Made by a program: the position numbers and the translations under genes. Shown here piece after piece: positions 1-20,100 of a stretch of DNA of 64,000 bases. How positions within the stretch are numbered: the stretch's first letter is position 1; every line of letters starts with the position of its first letter. This stretch comes from Bugula neritina. Lineage: Eukaryota > Animalia > Bryozoa. Under the pieces are notes generated by a model that was given only the letters and a program-made list of their open reading frames with translations, had not been told where the DNA came from and searched no databases. The stretch lies in NCBI GenBank assembly GCA_964035545.1, contig OZ037766.1, positions 21,316,767 through 21,380,766 on the forward strand, read 5' to 3'.

Positions 1-48
1 TATAAAATCATCATATAAATATAATGTTTTATGTGTTTCTTGTTGAAG

Positions 49-890
49 GAGGTACCAAAAAACTTTGGGTGATTGAAAAGATTACTAACGTTAAAGGAAG
101 GGAAGCACTTGTTAAATGGAAGGGGTACAGGTAAGTTGAATTGAGACCAGCAAGAATGATCATGGAGTATGAATAATTCTGCATTGAACTTTCATAATGA
201 TCCACTAGCAAAGTATAACACATGCATGCATACACAGACGATAGAGCTCGGTATAAAAATGTAAAATAGCTTACCCAATTTATTTGAGTATGCCATTTGT
301 TATCGTAAGATTGAAAATTAGTGGTTAAATTCATTTGACTAGAAGACTGTTTATTTGGAAGCATTGTGTAATTAGGTCATGTTTTTTTATAAACTGCATT
401 TTTTTTTACTTTTTGCTAGAAATTAGAACTTGCATGTAAGCAATGTCATAACATAAAATGTTAGACAAAAATTTAAATTACGGAGGGAGGTACAATGGAA
501 TGTCTTTGTAACTTGTCACAGATCTAGACCGATTTTTTTTTTCTTCAACTTCAGAAGTTTGGTGGGTGCTTTTGGTCTTCCAGTTTGAAAAAGTTGTTGT
601 TTATATTCTAGGACTCCAACCTGGGAGCCAATTACAAATGTGCGTCACACAGTGTTTTACAAACAGTTTATGGTAAGTGTACTACTTCAGCTGTTCACAT
701 TATCAATTAGTTGACTAGACACTTTTAAAATTAAAGTAGCATTTAGTTATACTATGCTGCAGCTTAACTAAGTAAACCGGTAACTGTTCATTTGTGATTT
801 AAAGATATCAACTGGGTGAAGTTGCATATTCCTTGTTGATTATTATTATTTCTTGTATTTTAGGGACAAGGATGCAGCAAAAGAACCTGA
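49..890 (+). CDS. 3' end of a gene encoding a C-terminal chromodomain (exons 49-130, 612-672, 864-890; 5' part outside window)
   Basis: Spliced in phase it reads ...YQKLWVIEKITNVKGREALVKWKGY-R-TPTWEPITNVRHTVFYKQFM-GQGCSKRT*, matching the chromodomain pattern (aromatic)-x-VEKI...LVKWKGY...TWEP..N. gtaagt donors at 131 and 673, ag acceptors at 610-611 and 862-863. Confidence 0.8.
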
Positions 891-1556
891 ACCTAAATAT
901 TTCATATTATATATATATATATATATTGTAAATAAACAAATAATTGTATGCCAAACAGTTTGATATTCTTTCAAGACAAAGGTGAAAGTTACCTTGCAAA
1001 TCAATTCTAGCCAACATAGGATGTGTTAAACATTACTTCAAATGTTGAATTAGAGCATATTATGGTTACAAAAATATTATAAGAGTAAAAAGTTCTTTTT
1101 TAGATTACAAAATTATTACAGGGCAGAACAAACTAGAAAACTGTATGCAATTTCTCATCTTTGGAATCGCTAATAACATTTAATACATGTTTGATAACAG
1201 ATTATGTGTATTCTGCCAGTCACACACACACATTAGTAAAAACTAGCTTTACAACTTTCAAAATTATTTTAATATAAAAACAACTACTAAAATGCAGCAA
1301 TAAGTATTGTGGAAAAAGGATAATTGGGTACTCATAAGCAAGTTTCATTAGCAACGACAGTACATCATGTGACTAAAAACAACCTGGAAGAAACTCGAAC
1401 ATATACAGTGTGCAAGCAAGCACAATCATAGGTATTTTTAAGCTAGACATAAAATTATTATTGAAGAGAGTTAGTTAAAATATAGCCTCACTCAGATAGA
1501 TAGTGGCTTGAAAAATATATCCAAAAACTATCAAAAAAGGTTTCAAGAAAAAAGCT

Positions 1557-8960
<7,404 letters not shown>

Positions 8961-11108
8961 ATTCTATAATATTTCAAACAGATATCTTTTAGTTATAGTT
9001 AGTAGTTGTGTACAGACTCATTGCGGTAAACAAGCAAAAAAACTTTGTGGTATGGATAAGAAAGGTTTTAAAACAAAAGCCATAATTTTCAAAAAGTCTG
9101 CACCCCACTTAAAATCAACACGATCCTAGATGCTACACCAGTGCAACGAATAATTAAAACAGTGTATCTTATAGAGTTAATAACTGATATTGCATGGTTA
9201 AAATGAACAAGAAATAAAGAGAAGAAACAAACTGGCAAAAAATGCTTTCCAGAATATTTCTTAAATATATTGACATTAGAAAAATCAAAATACAAACACG
9301 AGAGGTATTACTATGCAAAAAATTCTTCCCCATATAACAAGCAAATATTATTAGTTATTTATCAGCTAAGCATAGACGCACAACGTTTCATAGTTGATTG
9401 TAAGAAAAAGGTCGGCAAAGGTTTTTGGATGTTGCAATAAAGATAAAACTCAAACCTTAGTGTGTTAGGGTAAATGAGCAAAAAACTCTATACCTATGTT
9501 ACCAGAAGCAGCAACTGGTCCCAAAAAGTGCAGTAAAACTTTACACTTTTAATGATGATGTTTTATGATCATTATTATTAATAAAATGTATATCATACTA
9601 ATAAAACTGTAACTGTAAATGTGAAACATATAATTCATATCAATATTCACACGTATAAGAGTATTTACTTAAAATAGCTTATTCATTTGGAATTGTAACT
9701 AATACTCACAAGTAACAGAACACGTACCAATAAAATACCAATCACTGTAAGAAAATGAGTATTTAACACCATAAAAACCTAAAGCATTGATACTTGTGGT
9801 ACATCTAGTACTAAAGCACTTACAGACTTACAGTGGTAGTTTGTTATCACTAATGATTTTCACAGTTCTCAATCAAAAGTGTACTTTGCAGTTATTATAA
9901 TTGACGTAACTAGTAATGAAGATTGCAATATTATTACCAATGTAAATAATGATGGTAATGAAAATAATTAAAACCATGATGATCTTAATTATGATCTAAA
10001 TCAATTCATCATTATTAAAAATGTGAGTCTTTGATGTCTTGGCTATAGTAAATGATTATACTTATTTACATATATTTATTGTATTAGAAAAAATAGTACC
10101 ATCAGCATTAGTATCACATTGAAGTATGAATATGACTACAATGAATTACTTATTTACTATACTAACAATTCTTAATCATACTGTACAGCTTCACATTTTA
10201 GCTGTATATGTATAAATCTAAGTAATGAAAATAATACTTTAAGGGTTATTATTATAGTTGCTGACTCACTCAGTAACTGAGTAAGTAGAAGTAGTACAAA
10301 TTTAAAAACAATAATATTTAGTAATATTAATAATACAGTAATAATAATAATTTTGCTACTACAACTATAATAATGACAATAGTTGTATAGTAGCAAAACT
10401 ACAAGTACTAAAAAGCTATCTAATTCTGTGTTTGTAAAAGAAACTACAATATCAAATAAGAATATTTAATATAAATAAATAGGTGCAGGTCATTTCGTAC
10501 ACACATTAATATGAATTGACTGAAATACATATTCATTATTTGATGTATGAGACTATGAGCCAAACAGTACTGCTCACAAGCAACTTGCACATTACAATTT
10601 AAACCACTGAGGCACTGATCAAAATAAAACCAAAAAGTGTTCAATAAAAAAATTTATTACCTTATTTATCAAAATAGTAATAGGTAATACATTAAAAAAT
10701 AATATAAAACATCGATCAATAAGAGACATGGGAGGTGTTCAATATATATGCTGGAAAGCAATAAATAAGTAAATTAGTACCATTGAAGTAGTCATCTAGT
10801 GGATTAATCAATTATTCATTTTGTGTACGAAACGACTTGTGTATGGAACGACAGTAAACAAACTAAATATGTTTGGTTAAATTTAAATTAATCATAATGA
10901 TCCAATTTCAATTTGGAATACCATAGGCGTACTCAAACTTATAAGCTAGGGCATATGCATGGTTATTATTGGAAAATAGATTAATAATTAGTAGTACTAA
11001 TACTAATAGTAATACTGATACGAATGCACTAATAGTAATGGTAATACTTATAATGTCACATTTGCTCATACTCTTAGTTACAACCATATTTATAATTAAT
11101 ATGAATAT

Positions 11109-11415
11109 TGTTATGATTTTCAGAATTAGGGTTGATATGCAATCCAGAGAGTCTAATTACTTGCTAGAGAACTTCACCAGGATAAGTCGAGTGAACGACT
11201 ATATATTTTAAGTACAAGAACACATTACAAAAACGATACAAATACATTTAATAATTCCACACATGTAGACTACTCAACACTCTAACTTCGACTGACTAAC
11301 AGCGGGAAATTTACTACTGCTACTAACTACTAAAGTTGCTAATTGGCTGTCATTGTTCCGGGTCAATTACGCGACCCTGCGTATTGTGCTGCTGGTAGCT
11401 CCACGAGCCACCACA
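11109..11415 (-). mobile_element. solo LTR (307 bp) with 4-bp ATAT target-site duplication
   Basis: TGT...ACA termini, flanked by ATAT at 11105-11108 and 11416-11419; alignable end to end, in inverted orientation, with 22889-23193. Confidence 0.75.
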
Positions 11416-12764
11416 ATATCACTCTCACCATCGAACTCAATAATATTCCAGCTCAGTGACTCTCACTCTGACTCACACTCTAACTCTAAGTCTATCAGTA
11501 GCAGTATCACTACCAATATAGCTATAACTCTAAGTATTACTCAATCAGTTTCACTATGACCATGATAAAATCATAAAATGATGAATAATTCACTAATAGT
11601 GATAACAGTTACTGATTAGAGTGATTTTAAATTAGTAATCACAAATCTGCGTAATCAGTATAGCTGACTTATAGTTATACTTATACTTATAAGTTATAAT
11701 AGTAATACACTAATAGTAATACTAATAGTAATAGTTATACTTATAGTATTAGAACCTTATACTATGTCTATAGTCTATGACGGCATGACATACCCATAAA
11801 TGGTGATGTCTAAGTCCTACTTCAAAGTAGCAGTTAAACTTAAAGTTTGATATTCTACTCTGTATAACTCATTAACTGAGACTGAGTATTATACACCTTA
11901 CATGTCATGCTAAGTATCATTATGATTATCACTTGAGGTTTATGAGTATCACTTTCAGTAAGATACTCATACTATGGCTATGAGTTATACTCATAGTCAT
12001 ACCCCGATGCCCACACTTCTACTTCTAGTGATTTACTCCTATTCCTAGTTCTACGGGCAAGGCTACTCACTCATACTCATAGTCATAGTAACTGATAGTG
12101 TTGTAACTCAAACTAATACTATAACCAATGCCAAAAGACAAGGTAAAGCTAAAATCAGGAATAGAAACCAAAGGGTCATAAATCATATATGTAATGGTGT
12201 TTTAGTTTCTGTTTGTTTATTTTTTTCTTTTTTTTCTCTCCTGGCAGTAGCTAGCTATTGAGCTTTGAATCAAAGCATAATTAACTATATTCTTATCTCG
12301 TAGACAAAATGGTTTTCTTCCTTACTACTGATAATTTAAACAATTGTTCATACACCACTGCATCTCGATAAAGGAGCCAAAGCGCTCCGAGTGAGATTAA
12401 TTAGATGAGATGAGATGAGATGATGCTCATTTTATGTTTATGCTACCAAGTACCAACTCATCAGTCACTTAGTTTTATAGTGATGATTATACTTACACTT
12501 ATAGCCTACACCCTATAGCTTATTTAATTTTGACTCTACCTTGCCCTTTGGCATTGATTTAGTTTTAATTAAATTGTTATATTTAATGTTTTTCATGAAC
12601 TTTATGAAGTTTTATTGATAAGTTATCATATAGTAACACTAATAGTAATAGTGATAATTGTATCATAATGATGATATTGATATATAAAATATTATGACCA
12701 TCAATGTATCACTGTGAATGTAATAATTTTTATATAAGTAAATTGATTTACTATTAAATAAAAC

Positions 12765-12870
12765 TGGGTGTGACTAAAATGGGTGGCCACCTGGTGTCGC
12801 GGTCCGTGACACATATTTTAGTCATAAGGGGGGTTTTGACTAAAATGGGTGTCGCAAAATTTTTTAGTTG
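12765..12870 (-). mobile_element. candidate DNA-transposon terminus with repeated subterminal motifs (possible 5' end of the KDZ element)
   Basis: TGACTAAAAT(GGGTG) occurs twice directly (about 12771 and 12837) and once inverted (ATTTTAGTCA, about 12815). On the - strand the stretch begins TA|CAACTAAAAAATTTTGCGACACCC. No partner end in window. Confidence 0.4.
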
Positions 12871-13373
12871 TATTTTTACATTTTGTGAACATTTTTTTTG
12901 TTAATATTGCTCTCAGTATTTTTACTAGTTTAAAGTAGCCTATATGGTTCAATAGTCAGCATGTCTAGAAACTGAAAAATAACTATGAAATTGAATTAAA
13001 ATACATGCATTGAATTATTCGCGATTATATGAGAGTATAATTTTTCTTTAATAGAAATTGAGTCATGCAAGGGAAGCTGGTTTCCTTACTTTATTAAGCA
13101 AAATTTGCTATCACAACAACAATGTGTTGCTAGCCTTGATTCGGAAACATTTTATATTTATAACTCTGCATGATGCTTATTTTGAGACATTTGGCTGCAT
13201 GTTGGATAGATTGCATAGCATCTTTACTTGCGCTAATACTTAGAAGCATTTACTTGGTTTTCCTATATTTTTATTTTGAATGTTTTCATGATATATTGCA
13301 GAACTGTGGGTTCATTCTACTTGTAAGTATATTCCATAGGTCTAACTCAAACCCTGTGAATTTTCAAGTTACT

Positions 13374-15528
13374 ATGGCAAGCTATGATGAAAGAAATGCT
13401 AAACTGGACAGGTAATAGAAAAGAAAGTCCAATAATTTTTTTAATTGTAATTTAAATTACTTAGCTTGCATTACTCAGCAGTATGGTAGCAGTGGTAGAA
13501 CCAGCAGCAGTAGCAGCAGGAGTAGATCATAGTGTAGTAGTATTGATAAAATGATTGATAGATTAGAACTGTAATTTTGAATATTAAAAATATGACAATG
13601 CCACTGTGCGCCATAAATTTCTTGATGGCCATTAAAATCAGCCATTAAATCAGTTTTTTTTTTGGCTAGAACAAGCACTGCTGCCTGGACATAGTAATAT
13701 ATTATATGTATGAACTGTATGTTAATTATATGTAGAGGAATTATTTTTGCTAGCTTTAATAAAAAACCCTGCTCGTTTCTCATATTATTGTATTGTCAGT
13801 TTCAGCAATTTCAGGCCAGATACATTTAAATTATACCTTGCAAATTTTAGGCCTGTTCCAGTCTACCTGTCAACACATTTGTTTGATCTGATCTAATTAT
13901 GATGGCCTTCCAAGCAATGTAGTTAGCAAAAGTGAGAGAACTAATATTGCTTTTTCAGCCTATATTATGTTTAAAACCAGTAAAATAATAGAAATCATGA
14001 AACTAGTAATAGGCAATCCTATAATGCTGTTTAATAAACTTATTTGCGCTGTTACTTTACTGATTTCGACGCTGTTTTATAAATTATTAGCAATCTTTCA
14101 AAGATGAATAAATATACATTTTCTTTTAGTATGTCACCAATTGGAATATTTTGACCTGTATACCTATCTAGTGGAGGTGTTAATTTGTAAACATATTGGT
14201 TTTGCCAAGATTATTGATTAAAGCAGTTGCTGAAAGCCAAAATAAAATGCTAACCAAAGTTCATATCTAGTGGGCTACAATTTGCCAACTTCTATAAAGC
14301 ATATAATAGCTAGTAATTGTTTCTATGCTGTACCACTTGACGGTCTGTTCTCTTTTACCTTACTCTATATTATGCTGTATAAATTCTAGCACACCTATCT
14401 GGTTTTTAATCATTTCTTGCACCATATGCCAATAATTTTTACGTAGATGCATACAATCGGACAGCTGGATGGCCTGGCCATTGTGGAGAAGCATCATAAC
14501 CACCTGCTTGGTGTTGGAGCTGAGTGCATATCAAGGTGGGTAGCACAACTTCTTAGTTCATAAGTAGCAGCCTAGTTTTTTAAAAGGTTTGACTATATTA
14601 AAATATAAACATTTTGTTATTGCACTAATACAATGATAAAATGAGCAAACAGTTTCCAATATAACTTGCTGCTGGTAAGATTTACAGTACTTGTAGTAGA
14701 AACAATATTAGTAGTGGTGGTGGCGGCGGCGGTGGTAGCGGCAGTAGTGGTAAAAGTAGTAGTAGCAGCAGTACTGGTAGTAGTAGCAGTAGTAGTACTA
14801 GTTAGTAGTAGTAGTAGTAGTAGTAGTAGAAGTAGTAGCAGCAGCAGTAGTAGTAGCAGTAGTAGAAGTAGTAGCAGCAGCAGCAGCAGCAGTAGCAGTA
14901 GTAGTAGTAGCAGTAGTAGCAGCAGTAGTAGTAGTAGTAGCAGTAGTAGAAGTAGTAGTAGCAGTAGTAGTAGTAGCAGTAGTAGTAGCAGTAGTAGAAG
15001 TAGTAGCAGCAGCAGTAGCAGTAGTAGTAGCAGTAGTAGAAGTAGTAGCAGCAGCAGTAGCAGCAGTAGTAGTAGTAGTAGTAGTAGTAGCAGTAGTAGT
15101 AGTAGTAGTAGTAGCAGTAGTAGTAGTAGCAGTAGCAGTAGTAGTAGTAGAAGTAATAATAATAAAATAATAACATTATTAGTAGTAGTGGTGAAGTTGC
15201 TTTTGATTCTGACGTTAGTACTGTTAGTGGTAGAGATGGTGTTGGTAGAAATAGGATTAGTGGTTGTGCACTCATAGTTAAAGGCATAAAGCATAAACCA
15301 GAATTGAATACATATATAACATAGATATGATATGACTCCTTATTTATATTGATTTACTATCTTGCATGAACATGGCATTTTCGCTATCAACATTAGTGTT
15401 TATATTATAAACTTTCACTAAACAAGCTTGTTAAATTTATAAAAAATTATGTAGGTGATGACTTTTGCATATCTGTGTTTAATTTTAAAAATATCATGTT
15501 GCATAATTATTTTTTAGGTGTCTGGTGA
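13374..15528 (+). CDS. possible small spliced gene (exons 13369-13411, 14447-14535, 15518-; 45-aa ORF) or lncRNA
   Basis: GC-richer islands with acceptor/donor pairs join to MASYDERNAKLDRCIQSDSWMAWPLWRSIITTCLVLELSAYQGVW*; AATAAA at 15658-15663. No recognisable domain. Confidence 0.25.
14710..15165. repeat. (TAG/CAG)n trinucleotide microsatellite
   Basis: Compound AGT/AGC run; source of poly-L, poly-S and poly-Y ORFs. Confidence 0.95.
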
Positions 15529-17169
15529 GCGGACGACTTCATTTTCGGCTGCTTCATGGCACCTTTATTTTCGGAAAAGATGTAACCACTTGTAAAATCA
15601 GTTTTTTTATGGTGAACTAAACAATATAATGTTTAACAAAATTCTTTTTTGGTTAAAAATAAAGGTTTACTGTCTTTGGCTTTCTGTTATTTCTATATTG
15701 TGTTCTTCTGTTGCTATGTGTAATTGATGAGATGACTCCAAACTCTTGCACATCCGCCACAATAAAGTAGATAATTTTGCTATGTGCATCAAGATTTTGT
15801 TATAAGTAGATATAGTTTTGCAATGATAGTGTTGATGCTGCAGCAGGTAACATTCTAGTAGGATAAACCAAACAGAATTTAAGCTAAAACATTCTAAAAA
15901 AATACAGGATTGCTTGAGCCACCTTACCTTTGCTTTTTTCTAGGCAAAAGTTGTTAGCTAAATAATAAAAAGACAAATTAATGATTTCTGTGAGAGTTGT
16001 CTACTACAAAAATTACGTAGCAGATCATCATTAGTAACCATAACAACACGTACATGTTTACAGCACTCATGTGCTCTCTTTGTTCTGATTCGTCAACAGT
16101 AGCGCCCTAGACAGTCGATGTTATCGCACGAAAATATATTGTTTATTGCGGCTAATATCGCGAAATGGCAAAATGAGGATCGACCCTGACAGTCGTAAAA
16201 GCCGTGTGATGCACTGTTCAAATTAGTTACTTGGCTTTAGATTATTACATCCTGAGTATATTAGAAGTTACAACCAATATGAACTTTGTAGTGATGCTCC
16301 CTCAAAATTTTTGCTTCACATACTTGAATTATAAGCAGTAAAATATATTGCAAAAATTACAAGAATAAATTACGTTTAATTACATAAATTCTCCTAATTT
16401 TTTTCAGTTATTTGTGAAGTTCAAAACATTTATATGCCACAAAAAGTGATCAAAAGCCGAAAAATCAAAAGGTGTCAATTTTGGAACACTTCAATTCACT
16501 ATCTCATAGAGCAATCATCACGTGGGATAATTAGGTATAGATTGTTAGAACCATTGTAGAGCTGACTAATATGTAAAATATTTTAACAAGCAGGTTTAAA
16601 CCAATGAGGGAGGTCAATATTTTTAACTATTTTCATGAATTTTAAAGCTACGCTATCAGATGACTGTAAGCTGTGTGGTAAATTTAGAATGAAAGAACTT
16701 TAAGGGTATCTAAACAGCAAAAATTGTCTGAGGCTGAATATTATTGAGCAGTGACTAACAAATCCTTAAACAATTTATGTAACTCAGCTATAATCATATT
16801 TTTTATCAGCTCACTAATTTACAACATCAAAATTCTCAAACACATCAATATTTACGGATTTCATTATGAATATTAAAAATCGTATTATAGGGCAATTCAA
16901 CATTGGTTCAAGCTCTGGTAGTGAAAAACTATTTATATTTTAAATTGATGCTAAAAACATTTGCATAGAAACAAACTAAACATTTCAAATGTGTATCTTT
17001 AATTTAAACTTCACAGCTTTACTTAATAGATGAATGCTTGTTTAAAGTATAATTGGAAACATTCGAGTATAACCTATTCACACAGCAAAACACATGATGG
17101 GTTTTCTCAATAATTGACTATAAAAATATAGATGACATACAAGACCAGTATTTCGATACTCTTACATAC

Positions 17170-20100
17170 CTATGAGGACTTGAAAATACTCCATATATGG
17201 CATCACCAACTTTGTAAATATCCTCTAAAAATACAACAAGGAACTGATTAATTAAAACAAAGTTATGTTTCCAATGTCTGTGGGTTTTCAACGCATTGAA
17301 ACCCCACATATATTGGAAACATAACTTTTCCGCCGCACTGGAATATCACTTTCTGAATTTAGTAAATGAACAAATTAAATAAATATATTTTTAGTTATCA
17401 GAGCACATCATCCGTAAGCCATAAACAGAAGACGTTTCTTATAAAGGCCTGCTAAGTAAAATTTGCTTTCTTATTATTAGTTAATTTATGTAATTGCAGT
17501 TACAGCTTAAGAGTAAGTGTAGGGCCACACAATGCCCGATTTTTGGGCTAAATGGGATTTCTCGCACGTCACGCTCTTTATAAAACGCGTTGTGTGGCCC
17601 TACACTACCTAAAACCTCAGTTCGCTGCTTTTGACTTTATTGACTTTATAGTTAGCTGTGTGACAGCATTGGTCACTAGAAGTTGTTTTCAAATGACAAG
17701 AGAGTCTAAGCCTTTCTTAGTAAACTTCATTAAAATCAGGAATAATACATCATAAGTAGAGAATCTTCCTACACCTTTAAGTTTATCTACCATTTTAATT
17801 AACTAGAAAAAAAATAATGTTTTGTCTGTTTTCACCATTATTCATAACCTGCACTAATGGGTAGCACATCTTTATTGCTATTTAAATTATTATATTTTAG
17901 CTTTATTTAAAAAAGTTAATGATCCATCAAAATACACTTACATTGTTGTTTAGATTAATAGTTTTTACACATAGCCACTCAATGCTACTTAACTTTGTTA
18001 TCTATCATTTTTAGGGGTGATGATCACCAAGTAACACTAATTGATACTGCAAGATTAATAAATAATCACTTATCTAGAAATCTGTCTATTAATTACTTAT
18101 GCTGACATGGCCTAGCCCATAAAATGGTAAAAAGTAGCATGAATAAAGTCGTATATAGCAGCATGACCCTATTGAAAGCAATCATTATCTACTTATCATT
18201 TACATTAGTCATATAAGTTAAATGGTAAGAAAAACTATCAATTAAAGATTTGCTAATTTGAAAAAATTATATGGTTTTGCTATATACAGTTCGAGATTAG
18301 CTAGGTAGACCATTAAGCCCTTAAAACTAATTGTTGCATAGATAGTGTTTTCTTTACTTAATTTTACAATTAGGTAATTAAAAAACCAATAAGCAAAATT
18401 CACCCTGTAAGCATATAATCTTTAAAGCATTAGCTGCTGGTTGCATGACTCACAACTGCTCCGTCGCTCTGTTCCATCACAAGTAAGCATTTCAATATGC
18501 TGACAGCATACAAGTGTTCAGACTTAAATCCTACCGTTTTATATACATGTTTGATCTAAATTTAAATCTATTAGAGAATAAATTCAATCTTCAACACCTG
18601 TTTTCAACTTTATAAACTTCTTAGTTTAAACTTAGCAGCACCAATAGTAAGTAATATGACCTAATAAAGTGGGTTAACTACTTTTACTTACTCAATTCTG
18701 TATATTCATAAGAAACAGAGCTGTAAGTGTCAAAGTCTTGTTTGTAAGCCCAGTGGTACTGAGTATATCCACTGATAACCTTCTGGAAGAGACCATTCGG
18801 GTTTATATAGTCAAAGTGTCTTGTAGTGTAGTCCAAAAATGCTCTGAAGGAAACATCCCGTCCTTTCAAATTTCTTTCGCAAAATACTCCTCGATTTGGA
18901 GCTAAAGCCAAAATCAATGTTATGTATTCCAAGGCAGTATTATGCAAAATCATGTTTTCTCCTAACTAAAATGTTTAGAGAGAAAGAAGTCAAAATAATG
19001 TTCTTCAATATATTTGAATATATAACAAGCAACATCAAAAATGGGCAGTGTACTCAAAACAAAGAGGTAAACAAAATTAAATATTTCAAGACTTTGATTT
19101 AGCAGCATTTTTAAAGAGTCTATTTTTTGTCAATACTTCTTGCCAAAAAAAAACAAAACCATTTTATTTTCTATAAATTAATCATTAGTATCATAGAGCA
19201 GTGCTGCTGGTAATTTCCCCAATTTTTAAAACTTTAAATATAATTTTAAGGCCAAAATTTATGTTTTGAATACCTATTTCTAATTAGTGCAGCCAAATTT
19301 TTAACCATAAAAGAGCATTTGTAAAATATGAATCACTATAAGACACTATAAGACTCTAAGACTATGTGTTAAAAATGGGTAAGTGATAAATTGCAGATTT
19401 CAGAATTAGTTTTGTATTGAATTTTAAATTATTACTATATAATTTTTTCAGTTGTTTTATCTTGTATACAACAATGTTCTCTTTGCATGCCATTACACTT
19501 ATTCTTATGCCATTTACTAAAATTCTGCCAGCCTGCCTGGTATTCCCTAAATTACTAACGCCATGTAATGAGTAGCTCTGATGAGTCATTGTTAATAAAT
19601 GATATACACCAGGTGACTAATATTATGTTTGCCAATGGAGTTAGTGACTTAATTGTAGCAAGATTACATTTGTATAAAGCACAAGCTTTATACCTATGAC
19701 CTATGCAGGGCAACTTTCAATAAATAACTAATCAGTGACTCAATATGAATGACTCATAGCAATTTCACCCTTTGACTTGACAGAAGTAGCTCACCTCCAC
19801 TGACTGTGTAGTTCTCTGAACAGACAAAGTTCCCTACACAGTCTCTCGAAGCACACATATCTGGCCTTCTCTGTGTTAATTTCTCTATAATGAAGCTGAA
19901 TATATCTTTACGGAGTCTCCAGCTGCGTGGAACAGCTTTAACCTTGACACTGCAGGTTATTTTACTTTTCAAATAAGTTTGGAATGCTGACAGTGATAGC
20001 TTGTTATCTATGTTGTAAACGCTTGCATCTTGTACACCAATAGGCAAACCTACATCGTTCTACAAAATAAAATTTTATATCTAACATATGTTAACTTGGC

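Noticed and set aside
14617-15294. Poly-Leu, poly-Ser and poly-Tyr ORFs up to 225 aa
   Set aside because: Stop-free frames of an AGT/AGC microsatellite; no splice or domain support.
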